From contig NC_043001.1 of the NCBI RefSeq assembly GCF_006345805.1, forward strand, positions 51,460,001 through 51,524,000: a DNA stretch of 64,000 nt. Reading direction: 5' to 3'. The notes under the pieces were generated by a model. The model was not told where the DNA came from. It worked only from the letters and a program-made list of their open reading frames with translations, and ran no database searches. Positions 1-11,927 of the stretch are shown here, piece by piece; the stretch's first letter is position 1, and the number at the start of each line of letters is the position of its first letter. This DNA comes from Octopus sinensis. Taxonomy: Eukaryota. A program made the position numbers and the translations under genes.

Positions 1-335
1 CTGTGTCATTGTCAAGAAGACTGAGATTACATCTCCTGGTGCAGTCATAGCCCAATGAATATCTTAGAGAAATATTAAGGAAATGCATAGTATATATTAG
101 CTGCTATATTGCTATTTATACGGTAACTTATTCGTTTATTTTGTTCTTTGATGAAGAAAGTAGCATCAAATTGCCTAATGTGACCCTCCCAAAGCTGTAG
201 ATATTAAGGAAAGAAGTCGATACACTTGATATGTTTTCCATCTTCTGAAGAACTTGTGTTTAGTTAGCACAAAGGTAGGTAGTTTCCAAAGTAATTACTC
301 CATTGGAAAAGAATTTCATAACTGGTTGATGTGAG

Positions 336-730
336 GGGCTAAACACAGAGGGGACGAACAAGGACAGACAAACGAATTAAGTTGATTACATCGACCTCAG
401 TGCATAACTGGTACTTAATTTATCGACCCTGAAAGGATGAAAGGCAACGTTGACCTCGGCGGAATTTGAACTCAGAACGAGGCGACAGACAAAATACCTA
501 TTTCTTTACTACCCACAAGGGGCTAAACACAGAGGGGACGAACAAGGACAGTCAAACAGATTAAGTCGATTATATCGACCCCAGTGCGTAACTGGTACTT
601 AATTTATCGACCCTGAAAGGATGAAAGGCAAAGTCGACCTCGGCAGAATTTGAACTCAGAACGTAACGGCAGACAAAATACAGCTATGCATTTCGCCCGG
701 CGTGCTAACATTTCTGCCAGCTTGCCACCT
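336..730 (-). mobile_element. Nested/tandem pair of tRNA-derived SINE family B copies
   Basis: Two ~184 bp units (GGGGCTAAACACAGAGGGGAC...AAAGGATGAAAGGCAAAGTCGACCTCGGCGGAATTTGAACTCAGAAC). The minus strand carries a B-box-like GAGTTCAAATTCC and the head GGCAAGCTGGCAGAAATGTTAGCAC. The same unit recurs at 55270-56275. Confidence 0.85.
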
Positions 731-1325
731 TGAATGAAATAAAGGTGGCAACATAGCATGTACAAATATGAGAGATGTCTTACATTTTGATTGAAACTCA
801 TTTCAGTTCATTCTTTCATTTCTTCTGAATCTTCTGCACACACAAGTATCATCTGCAAAGTGATAGAGGCACCTCATGCCATATCTCTATTCATTCTATG
901 AAGACAGACCTCAGAAACATCCTCAAATGAAGTCATGCAAGCTGTGTCTACTTCAACTGTACAAAGATACAATCCCTATATACATTGAGAAAAAAAGTGT
1001 CCTTTCTTCCTGCCAACATTAGCAGCATACAAACAAAACCTCCAAGGTCACAACGAATAACGGGATTTACCAATACTGACGAGCTCACCTGATGAATGTA
1101 TATTCTTCACATATTCTAAACTGCATTAAAAGATTAAATTTCCTCATCAGAGTCAGAAAATGCCTCAGTCCCCATTAACTACAAATTCTCCACAAAGCTC
1201 ATGTGAGATTCACAATGAAGTACTACAGACCAGGTGTGGCAAATGTAATTTATCTATTACTCATTTGACTGTAAAATAAAAAGTTTTAGGCTTTGTAAAT
1301 GAAAGTTTACAGTGGATTGCTGAAT

Positions 1326-2220
1326 CCCTTTCGTTACTATATTTCTGATCAAAATACATCCCTCATGAGTTTCAATTAAATTCTAAAATAATCATGAATC
1401 TAGGCTTGTTTCATTAAATAACTGTAACTTTTTTACTTATCAACATTTTGATGTGATATTTGGAACATAATTAAAGAAAGGGTTCTTAATCAATTCTATT
1501 GCATAACTTTTGTCTCGAAGTGACTTTAATTACAGGTAAATCCAGGTAAATTGAGCAAAAGGTAAAAATATTAAAATTTTAAATTGAGCAAAAGGTAAAA
1601 ATATTAAAATTTTGTTTAAACATCACCAGAGAAAATGAATCATCAGCTAATATTCAAATGGGTATGCAACAAAATTTTGATAAAGAAGAATTGTGCACAT
1701 CACTATATCATCAGTTGAATTTAATGCACAACAGGTATACCATAAAGGTGGAATAAAGTGAAATACTGGAATCCACCGCAAGTTTGACCGAACTAAAGAA
1801 ATCGGTCAAAAAATGATATACGGCCCTGGCTATGGTATGGAAGTGATAAATTCCAGACTACATCGTTCCCTAGGCCATGCTGACTAACATTAGTTTCCCT
1901 GTATAAAAACTAAATCCACAACAGTACCCAGTATTTGCTTCACAAATTTTCCAATTCGGAATCAATGCTTGATAACATGAAACTCCAATCCATTTTCAAA
2001 GTTGAAGAAAAATCGATGTCGAAAAAAATGTGGAAAAAAATCTGCCAAAATTCAGGGAATTAAAATTACACGTCGATCGTTGTACAAAACTGTAGATGAA
2101 CTGTTTACGAAGTATAATCACGTGTTTTCACGAATGTACTAAAGAGATTTGCTCTGATATTCTCATTTAAATATGAATAGGTAAATTCGGGCGGCTTTGG
2201 GCGGTTTGGTAACGAAAGGG
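1326..2220. mobile_element. piggyBac-type non-autonomous element (MITE), degraded
   Basis: Terminal inverted repeat CCCTTTCGTTAC ... GTAACGAAAGGG followed by TTAA on the right; the left TTAA is mutated. No coding capacity. The two ends could belong to different copies. Confidence 0.5.
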
Positions 2221-2780
2221 TTAATGAAAATATTTTACATGTATTTTTACAATTCAAAATGACCAGCCTACACTTTCACCATTCAGTTTAATCACTTCAC
2301 AATTCTTTATACCAGCCATTTTCAATGTTACATTTTGTCCACACTGTGAGCTGCCAAATTTGATTTATGATAAACAATAAAACCCCAAAATATTAGGAAT
2401 TCTAGTGTTATACAACATTTGCAGCTGTGTTTGTGAATATTTCAATTTATTCTTGAATAATAGGTAAATTAGAATGCTAAAATAATGGATAAATGTACAT
2501 GTCACACCTGGTACATACATATTCTTGACCACATTCAAAGTCACTCAAGTTATTGGTGTGCAGTCACTCACTAGCACACTATGAACTCTGGCCCACAGAT
2601 GTATTGCCTCCCTCATTTGAGTTGGTTGCTCTCAGCTCACCTTCTCTTAGGCATTCCCAACTAATTCATCTCTCTTCCTTTCCTCACCCATATTGTGTCC
2701 GGCTTTTAAAGCCCCATATCAACCACTATAGCAAATTCTCAATCTTTACAATTCCCTCCTAGCACGATTTTTCCATTAGC

Positions 2781-3180
2781 TCTTTTACTCTTTTACTTGT
2801 TTCAGTCATTTGACTGTGGCCATGCTGGAATACCGCCTTTAGTTGAGCAAATCGACCCCAGGACTTATTCTTTGTAAGCTTAGTACATATTCTATCAGTC
2901 TCTTTTGCCGAACTACTAAGTTACGGGGACGTAAACACACCAGCATTGGTCGTCAAGCGATGTTGGGGGGACAAACACAGACACACAAACATACACACAC
3001 ACACGCACACACACACACATATACATATATACAACGGGTTTCTTTCAGTTTCCATCAACCAAGGCTTTGGTCAGCCCGAGGCTATAGTAGAAGACACTTG
3101 CCCAAGGTGCCATGTAGTGGGTCTGAACTTGGAACCATGTGGTTCGTAAGCAGGCTACTTACCAGACAGCCACTCCTACA
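2781..3180 (-). mobile_element. Full-length tRNA-derived SINE family A
   Basis: The minus strand starts GGAGTGGCTGTCTGGTAAGTAGCCTGCTT...GGTTCCAAGTTCAGACCC (A/B box-like), has the GGGCAAGTGTCTTCTACTATAG core and a central (CA/TA)n, and ends AAACAAGTAAAAGAGTAAAAGA. Many homologues in the window. Confidence 0.85.
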
Positions 3181-3188
3181 CCTAGCTG

Positions 3189-3560
3189 TCAAAGTTTTAA
3201 CATCATCTCCTTCAAAATAGTCACCTTGCACAGCAATACACTGGTCCCAGAATTCCTTCCACTTTTGGAATCTGGCCTAGGAGTCATTTTCTGTAAGCAA
3301 GTCGAGGACTTTTTGTGATTCACTCTGGATCTCAGCAACAGTGTTAAAAAACGGTGACCTTTGAGCTGCATTTTCATCTTGGGAAAGAGATGGAAGTCCA
3401 CAGGGGCTAAATCTGGTGATTAGAGTGGGTGGAGAAGTGATACTATGTTGTTTTTGGTGAGAAACTCATGAGTGGGGAGGGCTTGGTGACAGGGTGCATT
3501 GTTGTTGTGAGGAATGCAATTCTTCACATTCCACAGATCTGGTGACAATTGCTGAATGTC
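3189..3560 (-). mobile_element. Mariner (Tc1/mariner) transposase C-terminal relic
   Basis: Frameshifted translation ...HNNNAPCHQALPTHEFLTKNNIVSLLHPL / SPDLAPVDFHLFPKMKMQLKGHRF...KSGRNSGTSVLLCKVTIL matches the mariner HDNA..H and HPPYSPDLAP.DF.LFP.LK..L.G.RF motifs. Confidence 0.85.
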
Positions 3561-3597
3561 CTCCCTCAAACACTTCAAAACATTGCAGGAGAAATCG

Positions 3598-4030
3598 TAT
3601 GTTTCGAAGACAACATTGGGTTTATTCCAAAGGAATAAACGGTGTAAAATGCAATCTTTCATCAGGAAAGAAAGAGAGCCTATCTCAACAACAAGACATT
3701 ATAACAATTACGATGACTGATTAAATGATAAACAGAATGTTATTAAGTATCTAAGAAAAACTGTTAGTAGATTCGACGTCAAAGGCAGATACTAGAAAGA
3801 GAAAGGTTAAAGAAATAATAAGTAGAGAACAAATAAAGAGGGATACGCTGGTTAAAAAAACGTTCAAAAGCTTAGAAGTAGATTTCTCTATTGAATTAAA
3901 GTGCAAGTTAAACTAACTGTTCAAATTATGTCTTGTTGTTGAGATTGGCTCTCTTTCTTTCTAGGTGAGAAGATTGCATTTTACACTGTTTATTCCTTTG
4001 GAATAAAACCAATGTTGTCTTCGAAACATA
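3598..4030. repeat. Inverted repeat pair (~100 bp arms, ~230 bp spacer), MITE-like
   Basis: 3598-3699 (TATGTTTCGAAGACAACATTGG...CTCAACAACAAGACAT) is the reverse complement of 3928-4030 at roughly 90% identity by eye. Confidence 0.8.
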
Positions 4031-4499
4031 TGTTGAAAGTAAAAGAATTTTAATAACATCTTCGTTCAACTCCATTTATTTACTTATACTACACAAATTA
4101 CTGCACATTAACCCAGAGTTACTACCTTTGAATAGGTCGCTCCATCTGTGTTACTTGCGTCAATTTTGCTACCTTGGTAACTGTTTATTGAATTTTCCAT
4201 GTTAATGGTAAACAAAGGATAATTCATTCATATATATATGTATGTATATGTATATATCAATGATTGTGCATCTTTGTGTCTATGTTTGTGCCCCAGTACT
4301 GCTTGACAACCTGTGCTGGAGTGCTAACATCGCCATAACATAGCAGTTTAGCAAAAGAGACTGATAGTAAAAGTATCAGGCTTTACAAAGAAAAATAAGT
4401 ACAGGGTTCAACTAAAATTCTTGAAGGTGGGGCCTCATCATGGCTATAACCTAATGATTGATATAAAAGATATCTTTATATATAAAACTGTTTAGATTC

Positions 4500-4764
4500 C
4501 TCCGATTTAGATTCCTAACTACTCCCACATTTTGCGGTGCAGTTTAACCAAAAGTGGGTATCTTATAGTCGTGATTAATATTGAGCCCTTCTGGGTATTA
4601 GTGCGCGTCTACGATGAGTCTACGATTTAAAAAAAATTTACCATCATTTTTTCGTATTTTTTAATGCATTGTTTGCTCGGTTTATATAAGGGAAGTAACT
4701 CTCTAAAAATGCTTATATAGTTATTTCCCTTACAAATCCGAGCAACGCCGGGCGATACTGCTAG
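4500..4764 (+). mobile_element. Non-autonomous Helitron-like element, 3' end
   Basis: GC-rich hairpin CCGAGCAACGCCGG followed by CTAG|T at 4761-4765, the canonical Helitron 3' terminus. The 5' boundary is approximate. Confidence 0.6.
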
Positions 4765-4822
4765 TAAGGTATAAACGATATATGGTATAATTTATAACAA
4801 CAACGACAACAACAAAGGATAC

Positions 4823-5142
4823 TTGAAATCTAACATGTCTTCTGGTAAGCCAGAATCTTCTGTAACAAATGGCCTGTATTTGAATTCTTCATAGTCATAA
4901 AAAAAATCTTCAGGTATCACTTTCTTAACAACTTTTTCTTCTTTTTCAGACTCTGAAAATACAAAATCACTTTCAGTTCGAGAACTTGAACTAAAATACA
5001 CTGTAGACTCACTGCCTTCTTCATTACTGCTTCCACTCCTTGAAGATGTTCCCGGTACTGGTCCTGAATCAGGTTTCTGTGATTCCATCCTGGAAAGTGA
5101 CCTTGGATATGGGGTCTTTTTTTCTGATTCGTCTTCAGACAT
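4823..5142 (-). CDS. CFAP44: First coding exon of a cilia- and flagella-associated protein 44 (WDR52)-like gene
   Basis: ATG at 5142 has an in-frame upstream TAA. Translation MSEDESEKK...EKVVKKVIPEDFFYDYEEFKYRPFVTEDSGLPEDMLDF resembles, from memory, the CFAP44 N-terminal motif (FFYDY.E....FVT.DS..P.DLL.L.HSFGY). Phase-2 GT donor (AA|GTATCC) at 4822 and acceptor TTTCAG| at 5224. No downstream exon recognised within 1-4800. Confidence 0.75.
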
Positions 5143-5419
5143 CTTTCCACTGGTTCTTTTTTGACACTTTTTGCAGTTTCTTCCCCAACTGGATGTTCTT
5201 TGACCTTAATCAAAACCTGACATCTGAAATGGTAAATGAGTGCAAACTAAATTTTATAACTTGTCTCTAAGTGATTTGATGGCAAACAAACAATGTTAGG
5301 AAAATTAAATGTGGTACCTTGGGCAAGTATCTTCTTCTATAGCTTCAGCCTGACCAATAAATTGTGAGCGGATTTGGTAGATGGAAACTGAAAGATCTCA
5401 TCACATATACATACATACC

Positions 5420-5491
<72 letters not shown>

Positions 5492-5501
5492 GACAGAGAG
5501 G

Positions 5502-5660
5502 CATGGCTGTGTAGTAAGAAGCTAGCTTCTCAATCACATAGTTCCAGGTTCAGTCCCACTGCATGGTACTTTGGGCAAGTGTCTTCTACTATAGCCTTGA
5601 ACCAACCGAGGCCTTGTGAGTGGATTTGGTAGACAGAAACTGAAAGAATCCCATAATATA
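5502..5660 (+). mobile_element. SINE family A, 5' half
   Basis: GGCATGGCTGTGTAGTAAGAAGCTAGCTTCTCAATCACATAGTTCCAGGTTCAGTCCCACTGC...GGGCAAGTGTCTTCTACTATAGCC followed by (TA)n. Confidence 0.8.
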
Positions 5661-5724
5661 TATATATATATATATATATATAGATATATATATATATATA
5701 TATATACATGCATATATACATACA

Positions 5725-6052
5725 TCATCATCATCATTATTATCATCATTTAACGGCCGTTAGATATATATATATATATATATATACATGCATATATACA
5801 TACATCATCATCATCATTATTATCATCATTTAACGGCCGTTTTCCATGCTAGCATGGGTTGGACGATTTGACTGAGGTCTGGCGAACCAGACTCCAATCT
5901 GATCTGGCAGAGTTTCTATAGCTGGATGCCCTTTCTAACGCCAACCACTCCGAGAGTGTAGCAGGTGCTTTTACGTGCCACCGGCACGAGGGCCAGTTTG
6001 GTGGTACCAGCAATGGCCACGCCCAAATGGTACTTTTTACGTGCCACCTGCA
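5725..6052 (-). mobile_element. 3' tail of an RTE-like LINE/SINE ending in (GAT)n
   Basis: CATCATCAT-TTAACGGCCGTTTTCCATGCTAGCATGGGTTGGACG...CTGGATGCCCTTTCTAACGCCAACCACTC...TTTTACGTGCCACCGGCAC. A homologous copy lies in the opposite orientation at 58300-58620, and a related motif is in the RTE 3' region at 14456-14620. Confidence 0.6.
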
Positions 6053-6056
6053 CAGA

Positions 6057-6520
<464 letters not shown>

Positions 6521-7029
6521 ATCTATGTGTGTGTCTTTGTGTCTGAGTTTGTTCCCTCAATCACTGTTTGACAACTGGTATTGTTTACATCCCTGTAACT
6601 TAGCAGTTTAGTGGAGTGAGACCTACAGAATAACTACCAAGCTTAGAAAATAGGTACTGAGACTGATTTGTTTGACTAAACCCTTCAAGGCAGTGCCCCA
6701 GCATGGCCACAGTCCAATGACTGGAATAGGTAAAAGCTAAAAGATAAAAGGCAGGCATTTTAATTTTTATCAGTAATGCAAAGGTAAAGCTTGATGAAAT
6801 TGTAAAGAATGCTATACTATATAAATGTGCTGCTTTTGTAATTTAGTTTTATATATTTTAAGCCTGTCTTTCATACTCTGAGATTAATAAAAGCATGTCC
6901 ATAATATAGCTAGGACATCATCAAAAGATATTTTAGCTCCTAGCAATAATTGATAATCAACAAAGTTCTGGTGAAACTTAAGGTAAAGTGTTGCTGCTGC
7001 TGCCATTGCCTTCTTCTTCTTCTAATCAG

Positions 7030-7497
7030 GACTCACGCCATTAGCCACAAACAATAATCTCTAATTCGAGCCTACTCTAAGCTACTAAGAATGCGTGTGG
7101 CAACATGAAGATCCACCCACCACATGCGATAGACTGGCGGCTGCATGGGCACAAAAGCTACGTTGTTATCCTCATTCCGTAAACGGTGGCTTTTAACGGG
7201 TAGAGAGCTGAACCATTCTGGGGTACAGAGGATTCGCAATCTAGACTAGGGTCTGAAAGTTTACCACACCATAGTGGGTTACACCATGGTTCCTCTGCTT
7301 TGTGGCAGAAGTATGAAGAAAGATTGAGAGAATGTTGTGGTGAAAGAGTACAGCGGGGTTCACCACCTGCTTGCCAGAGCCTCATGGAGCTTTGGTGTTT
7401 TCTGCTCAATAAACACTCAAAATGCCCGGTCTGGGAATCGAAACCGCGTTCTTATGACCACAAGTCCACTGCCCTAACTACTGGGCCATTGCGTCTC
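7030..7497 (-). mobile_element. tRNA-derived SINE family C with (GAA)n tail
   Basis: Minus strand GACGCAATGGCCCAGTAGTTAGGGCAGTGGACTTGTGGTCATAAGAACGCGGTTTCGATTCCCAGACCGGGC (tRNA-like head with A and B boxes), ending GATTAGAAGAAGAAG. A head fragment of the same family is at 20640-20690. Confidence 0.7.
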
Positions 7498-8481
7498 CAC
7501 TGCTGCTGCTGCTGATTGTTGTTGTTGTTGTTGTTAAGCAACAAGACGGGTAAGGGTGATTAGTTGATGGTCTAGGGCTTAGGGGCGAGAGACCCCAGAC
7601 CTTGGAAAAAAAACTTTGGTTGTCTTGTTGTAGTCGAGGGCTCTTCGTTGATGCCCGACACCACTGGGAGGTGGCCCTCGAAGTTGCTGGAAATGGAGAT
7701 CTCCAGGTCCAAATTCTTGAATGGCTGCTGCTGCTGTTGTTGCACACAGATATCCTTGGCTACATTCAGATAAAGAGCTACACAACTGATTAGCTTTAAG
7801 TCACTCTAGTCTCTGAATCATAGGTACACAGTGTCATTTCTCTCCTTTTCTACTAATACTATAATGGTGTCTGCACCTCAGAGCTGGCTGGGCTCATAAT
7901 GACTCTGTCCAGACATTCCCAACCCAATCATCTCTCTTCCTTTCATCACTCTATGTCTACTCTCACCTGACTCCAGATTATGCCCAGCTCTTTCTTAGCA
8001 GAACTTTGACACTCTGAAATTCCCCCTATGCTCATGTTTATCCTGTAGAGTTGAACAGATTTCACATGCAAAGGTTCTTTAAGAATGTTAATAGCATCAA
8101 TATCAGTGATTTTTGGAGGGCCTGCAAAAGCTACAGGCATTGCCTTTACCTTGCAAGCAAACACCCAACAAAAATTTGTGCATGTGTTAAAAATTATTGC
8201 TACTATTACTCCTTTTAACTCAAGTTTTTATGGAACTCCTAAAGTCTTGCATGTTTAGTGAGCTTGCTACCTGCAGCCTACAGTACCACGAGATCTGTTC
8301 TTCTCAACTATCTGATACTTTCCTGATTATTCTGGCCATGCCAAAGCAGCAGACCTTTTGTAACAGCTTTTTTGTAAAAGCTCTTCTCTGATTTTTATTA
8401 TATTGTAATTATTATTATTATTACGTTTAAATATTTGTTGTGCAAGATTTTTTATGTGAAGTCGTGTGTTGAAACAGATAT

Positions 8482-9063
8482 TGTTATATTTCGGAATGGT
8501 CATATTGCCAGTTTAGCCAATAAAAACACACGCACTATATATTTGGTGTTATTTTGCTTCAGTGTTATTTATTTTTTACATTAATCTTAATCTTATTTCA
8601 GCCAGAGTTCTTTCGTCACACTCCTGTGACCGCATCAGTGGTCCTTTGTTTTCTTCTTTCTTATTTGTGTCTCTCCTTACTAATCGTCAGCCATTTTGTA
8701 TTTCTATTAATAGAAATACAAAATGGCTGACGGTTAGTAAGGAGAGACACATATAAGAAAGAAGAAAACAAAGGACCACTGATGCGGTCACAGGAGTGTG
8801 ACGAAAGAACTCTGGCCGAAATAAGATTAAGATTAATGTAAAAAAATACAAAATGGCTGACGGTTAGTAAGGAGAGACACAAATAAGAAAGAAGAAAACA
8901 AAGGACCACTGATGCGGTCACAAGAGTGTGACGAAAGAACTCTGGCCAAAATAAGATTAAGATTAATGTAAAAAATAAATAACACTGAAGCAAAATAACA
9001 CCAAATATATAGTGTGTGTGTTTTTATTGGCTAAACTGGCAATATAACCATTCCGAAATATAA

Positions 9064-9065
<2 letters not shown>
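8482..9065. repeat. Perfect-centre palindrome (fold-back) with a 130 bp tandem duplication in the right arm
   Basis: Centre TTTCTATT|AATAGAAA at 8708/8709. The left arm 8482-8708 is the reverse complement of the right arm, and 8715-8844 is repeated at 8845-8974. Confidence 0.95.
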
Positions 9066-9099
<34 letters not shown>

Positions 9100-9126
9100 C
9101 ATTATCATTGTTATTATTATTATTAC

Positions 9127-10811
9127 TTTTTTTTCTTCTTTCAAATTTGCTTCCATTTCTTGCCGAGTGTCTTCTTGACTCCTAGGGCAAAGAAACTCAT
9201 AGTATACATTGGTAGGCCATTAAACCAAACTCAATAGTTCGTTCATTTTTTTTTTTTTTTTTAAAGTTAAATTAAAATACATGAGCAGCAACAGTTCTCA
9301 CATCGACAATGCTCTTCTCAATACATGTGATGTACCAGTTAAGACAATCTTTTGCACTTCTTGCAGGGATGGTAAGCCAGGGATCATTCTCATATAATTT
9401 TCGGTTCCCTTCTTGATCATTCCTAGTGCTCCTACAATCACTGGTATTGTAACCGCCTTGAGATGCCACATTTTCTCAATTTCAATGAGTAGGTCTTTAT
9501 ATTTTCTGAGCTTGTCAAACTCTTTCGCTGAGATATTATGATCACAGGGGATGCTCATGTCGATCAATAAGCAAACTTTATTGTTTTGGTCTTTCACAAC
9601 AATATCTGGTTTATTGGCCTTGATGGTTCGATCTGTATGTACTGGAAAGTCCCACAGAATGGTTACATTTTCTCCTTCAGTTACAGCCTCAGGGTGGTGA
9701 TTATACCACTTGTCGGCAGTTTTGATATTGTAATGCCGACTTATTAGCCAGTGTAGATATTGGCCAACTCTGTCATGTCTTAATTTATACTCCACTGGTG
9801 CTAAGACCTTACATCCAGAGATTAGGTGGTCCATTGTTTCAATCATGTTGTTGCAGAATCGGCATTTTGGGTCTGCTCCATTTTTCATCATATTGGCCTG
9901 GTAGTTCCGGGTTAATAGGCTTTGATCTTGAGCAGCCAGGATGAAACCTTCACTCTCTGCTTTTAGCCCTGAGCTCCGTAGCCACTGATGGGTTTGCTTC
10001 TGGTCAACATCAGCTTGTTTGCTGCGGGCCACATATTTGCCGTGCAGAGGTTTCTCCTCCCACCTATCAGCCAATTGCTCGTGCGCTTTTTTCGTTGCCA
10101 TTATTTTCACCTTCTTTGCAACAATAGTTGTCGTACTTCCCTCGGGTTGTTCAGTTTGGGTATCCTGCACGAGATCAATAGCAAATTTTTTGCTTTCCTT
10201 TATGATAAAATGAAGCTTCTTTCATCTCTCGTGATTTTCCACAAGCTTTAGCATCCAGTCATTCGTTATTTCGAGATATTTGGCCAGTCCAATTGTGGTT
10301 GTTTTGTAAGCTAGTTCAAATTGGATCAGGCCTCGACCTCCTTGGGCTCTGGGAAGGTAAAGGCGATCTACGTCTGCCTTTGGGTGGTGCATCCTATTAC
10401 AACTCAGCAGCTTGCGTATTTTCCTATCTATATTCTTTACTTCACTCATATTCCAGTTCAACACATTGTAGCTATAAGTAACAACTGGAACTGCTAAGGA
10501 ATTTATAGCTAACACCTTGTTAAGTGCATTTAGTTCAGATTTCAGGACTGCATGAACTCTCTTATAACATTCCTTCCTGATCTTCTCTTTCATGCTTGCA
10601 TGCTGAATACCAGAGCCTTCATTTATCCCTAAATATTTGTATGTTTGTTCTTGCTCAAGCTCTCTTATGACTGTGTCAACATCTAACACAACTGAATTTG
10701 TGGTCTTCACTTTCCCTTTCTGGAAAGTGGCCTTGGCACACTTCTCAAGTCCAAACTCCATCCCGATGTCATCGCTGAATACTTTCACAGTGCGCAATAG
10801 GCCTTCAAGTT
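9127..10811 (-). mobile_element. 5'-truncated R2-superfamily (R4/Dong-like) non-LTR retrotransposon with RT C-terminus, CCHC finger and restriction-like endonuclease
   Basis: RTVKVFSDDIGMEFGLEKCAK (RT end), YKYLG, HPKADVDRLYLPRAQGGRGL, CRFC...ETMDHLISGC, RHDRV and WDFPVHTDRTIKANKPDIVV...LIDMSIP...KLRKYKDL (PD..D..K endonuclease). (TAA)n lies on both flanks. Confidence 0.9.
9298..10797 (-). pseudogene. RT/RLE ORF remnant of the R4/Dong-like element, one in-frame stop
   Basis: ORFs 10222-10797 and 9298-10170 are in the same frame, separated by a single TGA at 10222-10224. Confidence 0.85.
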
Positions 10812-10966
10812 CATTATTATTATTATCATTATCATTATTATTATCATTATTATTATTATTATCATTATTATTATTATCATTATCATTATTATTATCATTA
10901 TTATTATTATCATTATTATTATCATTATCATTATTATTATCATTATTATTATTATTATTATTATTA
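10812..10966. repeat. (ATT/ATC)n microsatellite
   Basis: Directly visible between two RLE-type LINE fragments. Confidence 0.95.
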
Positions 10967-11448
10967 TATGAAAACCCACAACTTATTTTTCTGTGTATGA
11001 TGGCATGTGTCAGCTGTCCACAGTCAGCAAACTAAGGTGACGCTTGTTTACTGGTCATGCTTCAAGAACCCTGCAAAGAATTCTTGCAGTTCTAAACAGT
11101 GCTGATCGTTGTAGGTGTTCTATCTTCACACTTGCACTAATGTTTTTTAGCCATGCTGGTAGTTGAGTGCTGATACTTTCAAGTGCACCAATTACTATTT
11201 GTATCACATCTCCTCTCTTCCTTGACCACAACCTTCGTATTTCCCATGTCAAATCATTGTAGTTTATTTTTTCTTCTTTCACATTGATCCTGTTGTCACC
11301 AAGCATGTTATGTTGATAAACATACATGTTCTTTCTTTTTTATTCACCACATCAATGTCCAGTTTCCTATGTCTGGTCAGGTGATCGCACTGGATCATTA
11401 CATCCCACAGGATATTGCAATTCTCATTTTCGGTGACTCCTTCTGGGG
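10967..11448 (-). mobile_element. Second, divergent R4/Dong-like LINE 3' fragment
   Basis: ...GDNRINVKEEKINYNDLTWEIRRLW...IQIVIGALESI...HLQRSALFRTARILCRVLEA* is an RLE-LINE C-terminus, flanked by (TAA)n on both sides. Confidence 0.8.
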
Positions 11449-11465
11449 TATTATTATTATTATTA

Positions 11466-11513
<48 letters not shown>

Positions 11514-11549
11514 TATCATCATCATTATTACAATTATTATTATTATTAA

Positions 11550-11886
11550 GACAGTGAACTGGCAGAATCATTAGCACGCCAGGCAAAATACTTAGTGGTA
11601 TTTTGTCTGCCACTACATTCTGAGTTCAAATTCCACTGGAGTTGACTTTGCCTTTCATACTTTCAGGGTAGATTAACGAAGTACCAGTTACACACACTTG
11701 TAAATGTAATCGACTTAATCCTTTCTCCCAAAACTGTGCTTCCAGTAGAAAAGATTATTACATACATTACAAGCATGTATCTGACTCATACATTGTTCGC
11801 TTTCCAGACATTTGTACATTACTGCATGTACTTTATATGCACTTTCTGACAAGTTATGGTGCACCTGAGCACTGTATACAATAATT

Positions 11887-11927
<41 letters not shown>

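Noticed and set aside
780-1240. Unique-looking sequence downstream of the CFAP44 exon as a candidate next exon
   Set aside because: No HSFGYD-like continuation found on minus, and the plus frames are interrupted by stops.
7946-8164. Minus-strand ORF with plausible acceptor (TTTGCAG) and donor (CAG|GTGAGA), GPPKITDID...ELGIIWSQ
   Set aside because: No protein family recognised, and the adjoining 7914-7950 resembles 2653-2690, suggesting an old repeat. It remains possible as an exon; RNA-seq or a protein search would decide.
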